From the NCBI RefSeq assembly GCF_006345805.1, contig NW_021835996.1, forward strand, positions 1 to 64,000: DNA of 64,000 nt. Direction: 5' to 3'. This stretch comes from Octopus sinensis. Taxonomy: Eukaryota. The position numbers were made by a program, and so were the translations under genes. Under the pieces are notes generated by a model. It did no database searches. It saw only the letters and a list, made by a program, of their open reading frames with translations, and was not told the DNA's origin. Positions 1 through 11,915 of the stretch are shown in pieces; position 1 is the stretch's first letter, and the number at the start of each line of letters is the position of its first letter.

Positions 1-151
1 TCGAGTGGCAGTTTCCGAGGAGCCCACCGCGACCGAGATTCGCGGGAAAGAGATTCCAGACTCGTCTCCCTCGGTCGTTGTCTTCCTGGCAATGTCGGCA
101 AGAAGGCGAGTCGCAGACCTACCGACGATTCTAGATGTTTCGAAGGCGAGG
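1..151 (-). mobile_element. CRE-clade non-LTR retrotransposon, 3'-terminal REL-endonuclease fragment (runs off window)
   Basis: Minus strand reads LAFETSRIVGRSATRLLADIARK...RISVAV. It closely matches the CRE end at 50620-50730 (FETSGIVGKAATQLLSDIGRR...QQISIAVLHGN). Confidence 0.7.
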
Positions 152-1344
152 TCCAAAATATCAAAATGTGTTGTTTCATTTAACAGGCTCCATGGATGTC
201 CGATATGGGGATATATAGATGTCATCTGTTTGGAAAGGTTTCTGGAAGTGGTCAGCAATTCCCGAGGCTTCATCCCCATCATTGAGTATTAAGTGTTCTG
301 GTTCGTCCATGTCGATATTTTCGAGTTTTGAAAACCCGGTTAAGCATCTGAACATTTAACTTCCAGGTGAGAGCTTTTTATTTCTGGGACTTTCTCGTCT
401 AGGTAGTTAGGTCATAATAAGGGTCCTGGGCTTTTATTTCATGAGGGGATTCTGTCGTCTGGTTTTTTTTTATAGCTAGTCCAAGTCGTCTTATATCTGT
501 CCAGAGTTGTTGTTAGAAAGTTTTATTACAGAGATAGAGGTTGAATGCCAGACAGAAGCCAATTAGAGACTCATTGGATGAATTACCTTGCCTTCTGATG
601 CATAATTTTTGGTTTTTTTAATGCATGCTTTGGCATTTTACTCTCGAGCCAGAAACACGATTGTTGTTTTTTACACTTTGGAAAGGCTCGCAATAAAATT
701 CGTCAAACTCATCGGAGGAAGGTACCTAATATTTCCGTATAGGGTACATAAATGTTAATAACAGTTAACAATTTACTCTATTATCTATGAATTTGGAATT
801 ACAGGGAAAAATCAACTCATACTCATTTGTCAGATTATATCAGGTGTTTTATTTTGAAAATAAATTATGAAAGTTTCAGTTATTAAATATAGATTTCGCT
901 TGTTTTTCTACTTGTAAAAAGCTGAAGTACTCTTCAACTTGTATACATAGTATAATGAATTTCTGAAGTATGAAAGAAAACTGGATTTGTAGATAAAGAA
1001 TTTCAGAAAGAATTCAATGATTTTTCGTATTTTGAAAGTGGATTTATATCACACCACCAATCGCTTCCGATGCTTCCAAAGACTGGCGACTGCTTCTGGA
1101 AACTGAGCATGTCAATTCTAATTTCTCGTAATAAGAAAACACCTACTTGCAGTATGCTGGACATAAGGGGCCCCGCGTTAGAGTATTAGTTGAATTTTAA
1201 ATTAAACATATTTGAAGTAGGAAAGTTTTTCAATGGCCAGTTCTTTAAAGATATGGAATTAATTAAAATATCCGCTCCTGAATCAATCGCCACAACTGCC
1301 GAATGTAAAAAATGAAAGCGAAGTACTCTTCACTTGTGAGAAGT

Positions 1345-1520
1345 ACCAATTTTTTCCATTCGTAGTTGAGACGTCGGGTCTTTGTGCGAGAGAGAGGCAA
1401 TCAGTTTCGTTCAGGAGATCGGGTCCCGGATGTCGACACTCACAAGCGACATCCACGAATCGAGATGGTTTTTTGTGCGGATATCCCTCGCAATAGTACG
1501 CTCGAACTCTTTCTAGATCG
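1345..1520 (+). mobile_element. CRE-clade retrotransposon 3' fragment
   Basis: FPFVVETSG, then after a frameshift EAISFVQEIGSRMSTLTSDIHESRWFFVRISLAIVRSN. This is the CRE C-terminal F.VET.G...RISLAI.RGN signature. Confidence 0.65.
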
Positions 1521-2129
1521 TTTAAAGGTGGTGGTTTCAATGTCGTCAAGCTTCTGGGCTCTCCGTTAGATGGCAAGCAGCTAATTGGTCGAAATGCAAC
1601 TATTATCTATTCTAATTTTACTTCTAGAAGATTTGAAAAACGTGAAGAGATACGACCGATGTAAAAAAACCATAGAAAACCGTAGAGAAGCCAAGTCTTT
1701 AATTAGATTTGGTTTTAAGGTTGGATTCTCAAAAATCACGGCGGAATGGTTTAGAAGGCCAGAGATTCAATACTATTGTTGCCAACTATTCGGACACATT
1801 GCGCACTTATGTGGAAATAAAGAAAGATTTCTATTATGTTCGGGAACCCACCGAAGATCAGAATGTAAATCTGATGGGAAGAACAGAAATAAGTACATTA
1901 ACAGACAATACAGCAACCAAAATTAAAATGGACAGTATTTTGTTCCGAAGTAAAGAACGTAACCAGGATAGTTCGTATGAAAGATCTAAACCAGAAAGAT
2001 CGGCATAAATAATAAAGATCTATTTAAACTAATGAGAATGTATGGAATATCACTCCGGAAAATATAAAAATTGATACTGGAGTACAGACGAGCGACTCTC
2101 ATTGTCCTCTGTTGGCGACTTTTCCCAGA

Positions 2130-2760
2130 CTAATCGAGTTCTAAGTTAAATCTAGGAATACCACGATATCTTTGGAATGAAATAACGTCTAGAAAATAAA
2201 AATTGCAATCTACATATGAATGAATGAGTTCTTTGATTGTACAAAACACAGCCTTTCGAATGTGTTTTCATCCACTTTATTGTGTCATCCGAAGCCATCA
2301 ATTTGTATAAAATCATAGTAATGTCTTATTAAATCGTCAACTATCTTAGGATTTTTCGGTCTTCCACGAATTTGAATTCTGTCCCGTTATCAGACTAGAA
2401 TATCTGAAAGGGTATGATCCATGAAATGCTGTTTAATTTTTCAGCGACGTCAATTACACTTTCATTTCTAAGATTCCTTGTGGTTGGCATATTCCGAATA
2501 GACGTCAATAACGGTTAACACCAAAGAAAATGATCATTGTCATTTACAAACCATGGAAAAACACAATTTTATACCTTTTATGTCAATGTCTTTGGAATAT
2601 GCTTAAAAATCTATTAGCTGATTGTTATCGTGATATATTTTCTTGTTTATCATTAAAAATTTGAGTTTTTCCATTAAGAGTAATGCGAGTATAGCGTACA
2701 CGAAAGGATTTGAAAAACATAGTTCGACTCTCAAAGTGGAGAATTTGTTCTTAAAGTTTT
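2130..2760 (-). mobile_element. Degenerate Ginger-like (Gypsy-type) integrase remnant
   Basis: Minus-strand pieces LTVIDVYSEY, SDNGTEFK and DDTIKW...KAVFLYNQRTHS are homologous to the integrase at 59109-59836. Many stops and frameshifts. Confidence 0.65.
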
Positions 2761-2892
2761 AAAGGATATCGGATTAACACAAATTGTTTCAAGAAAATTT
2801 TTTCCTAAATTTTGTTTAATTAAATTAAAAAATAATTTAATTTTATTTAAGTAATATTTTATTTAAATAATTTAACTAAAAAATAAAATTAA

Positions 2893-4595
2893 CGTGATCA
2901 AGTAGCTGAACATATTCACATGAACAACCTCTATATTATGCATACTCCGACAGTAAATTTACAGAATTGATTTTTAGACGAATTCACCGAAACCGACGAG
3001 GAAGAATATGTCCAAGAACAAGTACTCTTATAGAATATAACACTCAAACAGAAAAAAAATCAGCCAAACTCTCAATCGAGATCCGCAGTCCATCACTATC
3101 AGCCTATTAAAGGTCTATTAAAAAGTCTCAGTTCAGGTTTTTTATTTTTTTAACCCCAGACACGTTTAACTGCATAAACAAAATAATCGACAAAGATTGT
3201 CTTACTGCAGGGGACATGACAAAAAGTAAATGAAGTTATCCTACATAGAAATACCCTTCGAGAAAAGTCACAAAGGTCAACGGCCGAACAAGTTCTCGAC
3301 AACGAACCCTCCTTATTCTCTACCGACTTGTAAGAAGAAAAGTCCTTACCAAAATCAACGGATGTGTGAACACAGGAAAAGAGGCAAAGTCTATCACGGA
3401 ATTAGCGAAACCGGGGAATTGGCCGTGTGAAAGTGATTTTTCTTGAAAATTTTTTTAGGTATAAAAACGTCGATTTTGGTCTTTAAAGACCGTCAACGAT
3501 ATTTGGAGGGAGAACACCGATTCAGAAACCGATTTCGGGGAAATTCACGGAAGAGTATCCTCATTGGGCAGAAAAGGAGTTGGGGAATCTCAACCGGTGA
3601 TTCTACGGAAAACCCCGAGATTATACAAGGCTGGGATTCGTGTCCTCAGCCTTTTTATAAAAGAACATGTGATTGTGATGTCCTTTGTAGGGAGGGAAGG
3701 ATGGTGAATTAATGAGCTTTAATCTCTAGGCCAGCACCTCTTTTGAAGGAAAGTTAAGTTGTCCTTGTCCTCGGATGTCGTCTCTACGTTCAATGTGTGC
3801 TTATGATGAGGAGAAATGTACCACGACTGTCACCTTGTCCACGGGATTTGAGTGAATTCAACCTCATGTTTGTGTCCTTCCTGATTGGTTAGGATGTTGG
3901 GGATCAGCTTTTTATTATTGACGTGGCACAATCTGTGGAACATGACCACCCCAATGCTCTCCACTTTTTGAGATCAGATTGTAAAAATGTTATGGTTTGT
4001 TACTTTATTATTTTTTAGCATTTTTCCGTCGGAATGGTTGGTACCGACGATGGGAATAAGGCGGTTGTTTGACTTTGTTGTCGATTTGAGTCTTGGAGTG
4101 GTGGATGAATCATTTGTGGAGGAGATTATGGAGGGATGTGCGGAATGAGACTGTTCACGATGAGAGGGAAGAAGTGTTTATGAATTCCTTCATTCCTCGG
4201 ACTCTTGATCAACTCAAGGGCCGAACGTGCATTTGAGTTGAGGCAGAGAGGGAATTAGATGGGGTAGTATTTTTTGGTATTTTTAGCTTATCAACAATAA
4301 CGTGGTTGGACTCAACCAGGACTTTTGTGGGGCAGATGTGGGCGAGGAATCAGAAAACGGGAGAAGTGGGGATTCTGGGGAGTCGGAAAGTTTGGAAGAG
4401 GGAGAATTCGTAGAAAGGAAGGAAAAAAGAGATGACATTTCTGTGAGGTTACGGGAAATGTCTCCCAATAGTCGCAAAGTTGATTGGTTATTATTTTTTA
4501 AGAGTCATAAAAAAGAAATAAAAGAACAGAATCGACTCCGGAGGCAAGAAAAGACCCCCAAGCACATAAAGAAGAGGGAGCATATTTATCGATGA
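2893..4595 (+). CDS. RIOK1: RIO1 serine/threonine kinase, with micro-introns and several 1-bp frameshifts; start approximate
   Basis: Motifs across frames: [85 protein letters not shown] and C-terminal [10 protein letters not shown]. Confidence 0.9.
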
Positions 4596-5394
4596 GACTT
4601 CGTAAATGATTTTTACACTTTGTAATCATTTAATAACATTATTCTTTATTGACTGCATTTTCTTTTCAATTCCAAGTATTTGCGCGGATTACTCTAGTTG
4701 GCTCTATTTTTGTTGGAGTGTCTATCGATGGTAAATTCATGAGCTTTATTGTCACAACTGAGATTTTGTTTGTTGCAACTGACAGTATTTCAGTGTAAAA
4801 TTAGCATTTAATTGCAAGGTTATACATGTCAGCATATCGTGCTGCTTTGAAAATTACATTTATTTGATGAGTATATGTTATACTCTTTATTAGGATGATA
4901 TATTTATAGGCTCGATCACACGGGGAAAGGAACTTTTTTAGGGAGGGAACTTACTCGATTATAGTCTTTTAATATAGATTTCCTTTTTTAAAAATATGAG
5001 CTCGGGCTTATAATATAGAGAACATAGTAATTTATTTTATTTTCATTACCTTTGCAAATTTAAGAGATATTTCCTACTCAATGTCAGGAAATAAATTTAA
5101 CAATATCGAAATAAATTATTACTAACTTGCCAATTATTTTGGAAAATTTCCTAACTGAAAAATCTGAAATTCTTTATTTATTGATTATTCCATAATTTGA
5201 AGTATTAATCTACGTCAAAACACTCATTATGTTGTGAGATTGAGCTAAGTGTTTTTTATTATACAATTCTTTGATCATTCACTGTTGTGAAAATTCATTA
5301 TTTTTAAATTCTACTTTTTCTGATAAACAGAATATTTCTGTCTGTCTTTATCTTATTTATAGGGCTTGACTTATGTTGGATTTTATCCTTCCAA

Positions 5395-6825
5395 ACAAAA
5401 GAACCTCTGGTATAGTACCAATCAACGACCGAGAAATATTAATGCAAAGTATTGAGGGGATAGATTTTTTGTATTTTGGCATAGAGCGCAGTAACATCTG
5501 TGCTCCAAACTATATCAGCAGTAGACCTGCCTATACAAAAACCACTTTGGCCAGGGGATAAAAATTTGTTAACTTTTTATCCGGTGTAATGGGATGAGGG
5601 ATAATGTTTTGCGTATGGAAGATAGTAGAATTATTGGTCTAAAGTTGCAAACGGGGCCTTTAGCTTTCCCGGGTTTATGTAATGGGATTAGCCATCCTTT
5701 TCCGAGAGCCGACGGATTATCTTCCTGAAGAGACCGATTGTAAACATCGGTGATTATTTTAGCTAGCTCCACTAGTGCGTGTTTTAAAAGTTCTGTCGGG
5801 ATATTGTCTGGCCCTGCGGATCTTCCGGTGTTCAACTTTTTAATAGCTTGCAGAATTTCCGAGAGACTTATCGGGTTTGTTAATGTGGAATTGTCAGGTT
5901 TTAAAAATTTCAGTGTCTGATCAGTTTTAGTATACATATTGAATAGGGAATCAAAGTGCGAAGCTAGAATACTAGCTTTTTCGACGTCCTCGGTAACTGT
6001 ACGATCGAGATTATGACAATGATAGGGGCCTCTGTTGAGGATGCGAATTGCTTTAAACATCATTGGCCCGTGTTTGTATTTCATTATTTCGGAAACTTGT
6101 TTTTCTGCTTCACTTTTGGCAAGAAATTTTTGTAATTGTTTCATCTTTGTTAATACTCTACCTCTCTGCGTACAGAGTTCTTTGATTTTCTCTGTGTTTT
6201 CCGATTGTAGTCTGAGTTCTTTTTGTATTAGAGAAAGTCGTCCGATTTCTGGACTACTTTGTTTGTGTCTCGATCCGTGTGTGGAACCCAAGACGTCAGA
6301 CGAGGTATTCCGTATTGCGGTAACTGTTTCCTCCCAAATCTTGTTAGCTGGTTGATTTTAGTAGATACAGTCGATGCTGTTTTTGAGGGTCGTACAATAT
6401 CGAAGATTGGTGAAGTCTTCGTATCCAAGCCTCTCCGTATCGTATCGTGCTGGGGCGGTGTCTTTGAGCTTTCCACGTATTCCATGGATTCTGTACAGCA
6501 TTAACTGAGCCTCAACAAGTTTATGATCGCAGCTGGTTAAAGTCCACCATATGACCTCGAGTTTTTCATTAGGGCCTTTTTATAGTCTATCTGGTTATAA
6601 ATCGGAATGGTATTTCTAAATTTATCTTTTCTAAACCAAGTCCAGGTGATTTTAATTTATAATAAAGAGCACTGAGTTGAGAGTTTTCCACATTTGATTT
6701 GAAGCACTGCGACACGGTCAGATGCCGCCCACACTCTTGACACGTAGTTAATAAGGTCCCGGTGAGCTGCGAACCTGAAACCATAATGTCGGGATTCCGA
6801 TCCGAGGGTAATAAGATGGAATTCG
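5395..6825 (-). mobile_element. RTE-like LINE ORF2, 5' portion (APE endonuclease to RT domain 3), inverted relative to its 3' portion
   Basis: Reading leftwards from about 6825: HYGFRFAAHR..SDRVAVLQ, then ASHFDSLFN, AGPDNIPTELLK, NFRPIILLS and QSGFCIGRSTADIVW. Confidence 0.8.
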
Positions 6826-7669
6826 TCAATCGGTTTTGCACATTGCAAGAACCGAAGAGTTTTCTTCACCCTGACGACGTTAAAATAATACACCTGCTTA
6901 TGCAGAACACTCATCTTTCTGTCAAACTTGGCAAATGTTTTTCCAACTTTTTTCGGGCTTCTCGTGGAGTCCCACAGGGGGTTTCGCTATTTTCGGCCCT
7001 CTTCGTTGTATACCTTGAAGCAGCACTAAGAGAGTTCAGAGCTCTCGTTGGGAACAATTATGAGGAGATGATATATGCAGACGATCTGGACTTTGTTTTT
7101 GAGAAAATTCAAACACTTCAGCACATTTTCAACAAACTTCCATACGTATTCTCGAAATGGTTTTTATCCGTAAATTCCAATAAAACGAAATTTACAATGC
7201 TCACACGTATTGATCGTAGATCCGACGAATCTTGGAGAAGGCAAATGAAACTGGGCTCGCATCTAGGTGACTCAGAAGATGTTACTCGCAGGAAGATTCT
7301 TGCTATGGATGCATTAACAAAATATCGGCTATATGGAATCACAAAAAATAAGATTAAATACCAGGCTCAGGATATATAAGGCTTTTATCATCCCGGTTCT
7401 TACTTATAACTCTGGCACATAAGGAATCTCTAAACACGATATGGACCGTCTTGATTCTTTACACAGAACACAGCTAAAATCGTTAATCAAAATCAAATGG
7501 CTTTTGAAGATAACTAATGAAAATCTTAATAATAAATGCAAATCCGGTTTCCTGTCAGATGACATCTTCAGATCGAGATGGAGCCTTTTTGGCCATGTCC
7601 TACGTTTAAACGACCTGGTTCCAGCAAAGAATGCAATGGATTATTTCTTCGCGCAGACGGAGTCTAGAT
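6826..7669 (+). mobile_element. RTE-like LINE ORF2, 3' portion (RT domains 3-7 and C-terminus), interrupted by a hAT
   Basis: GVPQGVSLFSALFVVYLEAALRE, MIYADDLDF and RWSLFGHVLRL. The frame resumes after the hAT target site duplication as SRFRDRPRK. Confidence 0.85.
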
Positions 7670-9916
7670 CAGGGTTTCTCAAGTTTTTTAACGTCGGGGC
7701 CAAATCGATAATTAACCATTGTCTTCGGGGCCGCAGAATAAATTAAATTAAAACTTTCATTAACTTTTAACTAATTTTTTTTTAGATTCATTTTTTATTC
7801 AGAAACCGAGATAGTTAGTCTTAATTAATTAAAGGAAAATGACTAAAACGAAAAATTGTTAACTAAAACGAAAAATTGTTAGCTATTTTAACTAATTGTT
7901 AACTAATTTGTCATAACACGGAATATAGGAGGCACATGTAGATCGCAAAAGCTGGCATAAGTGATTATCAGTCAATTTATTTCGATATTTATTTTTTATG
8001 TGAATCATTTTACTGAAAATTGACTCACATAAATAAGTGGATCCGAACATTGAAGCATATTTATAAGCATTTATGAGTATATTCGGATATTTTTCTTTGG
8101 GAAGTGAACTATAAAATTCCATTAAATTTTCAATCTTTTGCACTGAGGTAAATTGCACATCTGATTGAAGGTCTATCAATTCTAATTGGAGTGATGGCGG
8201 AGCATTCTTAGGATCTATATTGAATGGTGCTGCAAAAATTTTCATTGATGGCAAAATTTCATCAAAATTCTTAAAATAAACTAAATTTTAATAAACCTTA
8301 GAACGTTTTTCAAATTCAACAATAAGGTGACTGATAATGGTAGTATATTTTTCAAATGAACCGTTAGCTTTATTTTCACTCAAACAAGTAAAATGAATTG
8401 TATCTTTGAGCATTATTTGATCCCTCCAAAGTTTTAATTTTGATATAAAAGAAGCAATAGATCCATAGAGTTGATGGCAAAATTTATATTTCCCCTGTAA
8501 TTCACAATTTAACGACGATAAATGAGAGGTTAGATCTACCCAAAAAGCTAAATCGGCAATCCACTCTTTACTGCTCAACAAATCATGGTATTTGTGGTCT
8601 TTAACAAATTCTCTTATTTGAGGGAGTAGTTCATAAAATCTAACTTCTATTCAAGCAAATATACCTTTTGAGGCACGCGGCACGACTCAACCATCGAACA
8701 GTGGTATGGTAAAGCACATCATTATGCACTGTGTCAATTTCCACTAACATTTTTTTAAATCTCCTGTGATTGAGAGATTTACCGCGTATCCAATTCACAA
8801 TGGACAACACCGTACTTATTACATTTTGCATTTTAAGTGACTTTGCGATTATATTCTCCTGATGAATGATACAATGTTGCCAAAATATAGGATCAAGATT
8901 TTTTTCAAGTCTCCATTCTGAATAAAGTCCATGAAACCCTTTATTACGACCAATCATATTCGCCCCCCCATCAGTACATATGGAAATTATTTTGGAAGGA
9001 TCAATGTCAAATTCTTTAATACTTTCAAGGAATTCGTTAAGTACATCCATTCCTTTTGTAGTGCCTTTTAATGAACGAAGAGAAAAAAATTCTTCAGAAA
9101 TTTTAAAATCCGAAGTGACACCTCTAATGCATACGACCATTTGTTCGGTATCAGAGATATCTTTACTCGTGTCGACAGCAAAAGAATGATATAAAAAATC
9201 TTTCGATGTTCTATAAAAATTATTTTTAATAGTAAAGAACTTGATTAGCTGACGGGCAAGGTCCTCAAAAATACATTCTATTCTTCTTGTAATAGTATCA
9301 TTACTTAATGGTAATCGTTTTGCAATATTTTGTATATTTGACGGACAACATTCATCACAAAAAATGGAAATAGCAGTTTTAATAATTTCTCCGTCAGAAT
9401 AAGGTTTCATATTTACAGCAAGAAGGTGGCTAATTTTATAAGACGTTAATAACTGATGCTTATTTTCCACTGGTTTAAATATTGAGGACTGATTTTTAAA
9501 TGACGTCTTTAATATATTGAGTTTTTTTTTCATTGACTCTCCGAGATATAAATTGTATATTTCGGAGTGCTTCTTATAATGACGTTCAATAGTATAATTT
9601 TTCAATGAATTAATGACACAGTTGCATATCAAACAAACAGCTTTACCATTCAGTTCAACGAAAAAAAACTTTTCTTCCCATTCAATTTGAAATTCTCTAT
9701 TTTCTTGAGATAATGTTCGATATTTCTTTGATGGCATGAAAAAATACTCAACCTGAAATATATTTACAAACACGTGTAGTTAAAATATTATCTTTAATAA
9801 TATTAATTTACAATTAATTTTATATCCAAAATTTATTTTAATGTTTGGAAGTCGGGGCCGCAAAAAAGATTCTCGGGGCCGCATGCGGCCCCGAGGGCCG
9901 CACTTGAGAACCCCTG
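7670..9916 (-). mobile_element. Complete Buster-type hAT DNA transposon (SPIN/GTF2IRD2-like), 2247 bp
   Basis: TIRs CAGGGTTTCTCAAGT and CAGGGGTTCTCAAGT. Perfect 8-bp TSD GTCTAGAT at 7662-7669 and 9917-9924. GGGCCGCA subterminal repeats. Confidence 0.95.
7892..9737 (-). CDS. hAT transposase of about 587 aa after removing micro-introns at 9211-9240, 8640-8664 and 8270-8296
   Basis: BED-type zinc finger (CLIC...HYKKH), VDTSKD, ICTDGG, HCIIHQE, VRWLSR, WIADLAF, LQG and STYLCESIFS. The spliced exons total 1764 nt in one open frame. Confidence 0.85.
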
Positions 9917-9924
9917 GTCTAGAT

Positions 9925-10140
9925 TTCGTGATAGACCAAGAAAGATTTGACTTTTCCAGCAGAACACTTAGAGACAATTATTAATAAGACCCAATGGGGA
10001 CTCTTTGGCCACAGACTACGGATGGTTCCCTCTGTTCCAGCTAATAACATCATGAAAACATTTTCATGCTCTGGGCCTTTTCGAGGTAGGCAACGGAGGA
10101 AGCTACCACTGACCATAATAACCCAAAGCATGCCAGATTG
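9925..10140 (+). mobile_element. LINE C-terminal remnants: tail of the 6826 element plus a second related fragment
   Basis: FRDRPRK, then QWGLFGHRLRM..PANNIM..FRGRQRRKLP. Confidence 0.6.
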
Positions 10141-10144
10141 TTAC

Positions 10145-10569
10145 TATAACATTTCCCATACTAAATGTTGTGGTCATGACACACTAAATATGGTTAACAT
10201 AAAACTTTGAACAAAGAATTTTTTGGTGTTAATCCCATTTAGTTTGGTGTTAATCCCATATTGTTTGGTATTAATCCCACTTAGTTTGATGTTAATCCCA
10301 CTTAGTTTGATGTTAATCCAACTAAGTTTTCTCCTAATCCCAGTTAGTTTGACGTTAATCCCAGTTAATTTGACGTTAATCCAATTTAGTTTGACGTTAA
10401 TCCCAGTTAATTTAACGTTAATCCAATTTAGTTTGACGTTAATCCCAGTTAATTTGACGTTAATCCCAGTTAGTTTGACGTTAATTCCATTTAGTTTTCT
10501 GATAATCCCACTTAGTTTTCTGCTAATCTCACTTAGTTTTCTGAAAATACATACTATAGAAAATGCATA
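10145..10569 (+). mobile_element. Internally deleted, non-autonomous derivative of the adjacent IS630/Tc1-like element
   Basis: Left end TATAACATTTCCCATACTAAATG resembles the left end at 10575. It contains the last codons of the transposase (LNMVNIKL* versus LNMVNTKF*), the 21-bp array, and an imperfect inverted end ...CTATAGAAAATGCATA. Confidence 0.7.
10229..10543. repeat. 15 tandem copies of a 21-bp unit, consensus about TTAATCCCASTTAGTTTGACG
   Basis: Units start every 21 bp from 10229. Inverted copies lie at 10591-10688 and same-orientation copies at 11813-11915. Confidence 0.95.
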
Positions 10570-10574
10570 CGATC

Positions 10575-11915
10575 TATACAATTTTCCATACTAAATGGGA
10601 TTAATGCCAAACTAAGTGGAATCAATAACAAGCTAAGTGGGATTAACAGTAAACTAAGTTGGTTTAATAACGAACTAAATGGAATCAATAAAGGATTACG
10701 TTTATTATAAATATAATTTTTCGATCCAGCGCAAAAAAATGCCACGTAAATCATTGGAAGAGAAAGAACAATTGCATAGAAATAAAATAGATTTAATTTC
10801 AGCTGCAGAATCTGGTGGAGATTGGAAAAAAACAGCAATTGAACTCAATATCTCAAGAACAACAGCATATCGTTGGATAAAGGATGGAGTTAAACCTGAC
10901 GCGAGAGGTGGAAATTATCGAAAAAAGTTTAACAAAGAACATGTCGATTTTATTATATCATGCATCGAAGACGATAACACAATTACCCTTCATGGAATAA
11001 AACAAAAATTTGAATTACATTTTCCGCAATTATCAATATCAAAAACGAGTATCGCTCGACATCTCGATCTAAGTTTATATACATTAAAGAAATTGAGATT
11101 CGACCCTGAAGAAGCTAATTGTGAAATTAACAAAATCAAAAGGAAGGAATTTGCTGAAAAATATTTAAAATTTCAATCGGAAAATAGACCAATTTGTTTT
11201 ATGGATGAATCAAATTTTAATCTTCATATCAGCAGGACAGAAGAAAGATCGCTAAAAGGAACAAGATGTACTACTCTAGCTGCTGCGTCAGAAGGGTCAA
11301 ATATACATCTAATTGGATGCATCTCAAATCTAGGACTCATTTACTATGAAATACAAAGGGGAGCTTTTAAAAAAGAGCAAGCTTGTCACTGGATGAAAAA
11401 TTGTTTGAGGCAAGCACGGATTAAACATGATGGTCCAGTTATTATGGTGTTGGACAATGCACTAGCTCACAGTGGTATCGAAGTTCTTCAATTGGAAGAA
11501 TTTAATGATTTTCATATTCTTTGTCTCGGTCCGTACAGTCCGATGCTTAACCCCGTCGAACATGTATGGTCCAAAATAAAAGCTCACGTAAAAAGAGACA
11601 TCTCTTCTCTAAAAAACCAAATTCTATTTCAACAAGGAAAAGATTTGTCAATTATAGATTATCGAACAGGGATACTTGAAAAAATAACTGTGGATAGAAT
11701 AAAAACAATTACATCTGATGATTGTGTGAGCTTTATTTCTGAAATACAGAAAAATATTGGTGACATGTTAAATATGGTTAACACCAAATTTTAAACAAAG
11801 AATTTTTTCGAGTTAATTCCATTTAGTTCGCTATTAATCCTATATTTTTGATATTAATCTTACTTAGTTTTCTATTGATTCCACTTAGTTTGTTATTGAT
11901 CACACTTATTATTAA
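10575..11915 (+). mobile_element. IS630/Tc1-mariner superfamily element with 21-bp subterminal arrays; right end truncated by a LINE 3' end
   Basis: About 5 inverted 21-bp units precede the transposase ORF and about 5 direct units follow it. Confidence 0.8.
10739..11794 (+). CDS. IS630-like DDE transposase, 351 aa, open and intronless
   Basis: HTH motif (ISRTTAYRWI), FMDESNFN, VLDNALAH and LGPYSPMLNPVEHVWSKIK. Confidence 0.9.
   Translation: MPRKSLEEKEQLHRNKIDLISAAESGGDWKKTAIELNISRTTAYRWIKDGVKPDARGGNYRKKFNKEHVDFIISCIEDDNTITLHGIKQKFELHFPQLSISKTSIARHLDLSLYTLKKLRFDPEEANCEINKIKRKEFAEKYLKFQSENRPICFMDESNFNLHISRTEERSLKGTRCTTLAAASEGSNIHLIGCISNLGLIYYEIQRGAFKKEQACHWMKNCLRQARIKHDGPVIMVLDNALAHSGIEVLQLEEFNDFHILCLGPYSPMLNPVEHVWSKIKAHVKRDISSLKNQILFQQGKDLSIIDYRTGILEKITVDRIKTITSDDCVSFISEIQKNIGDMLNMVNTKF

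Noticed and set aside
10174-10594. Overlapping ORFs with heptad repeats (KLTGINV and LTLIPVN) that look like a coiled coil or membrane protein
   Set aside because: They result from a stop-free 21-bp DNA repeat that is open on both strands and is part of transposon ends.
10229-10688. CRISPR array or plasmid iterons
   Set aside because: The units are contiguous with no unique spacers, there are no cas or rep genes, and the context is eukaryotic.
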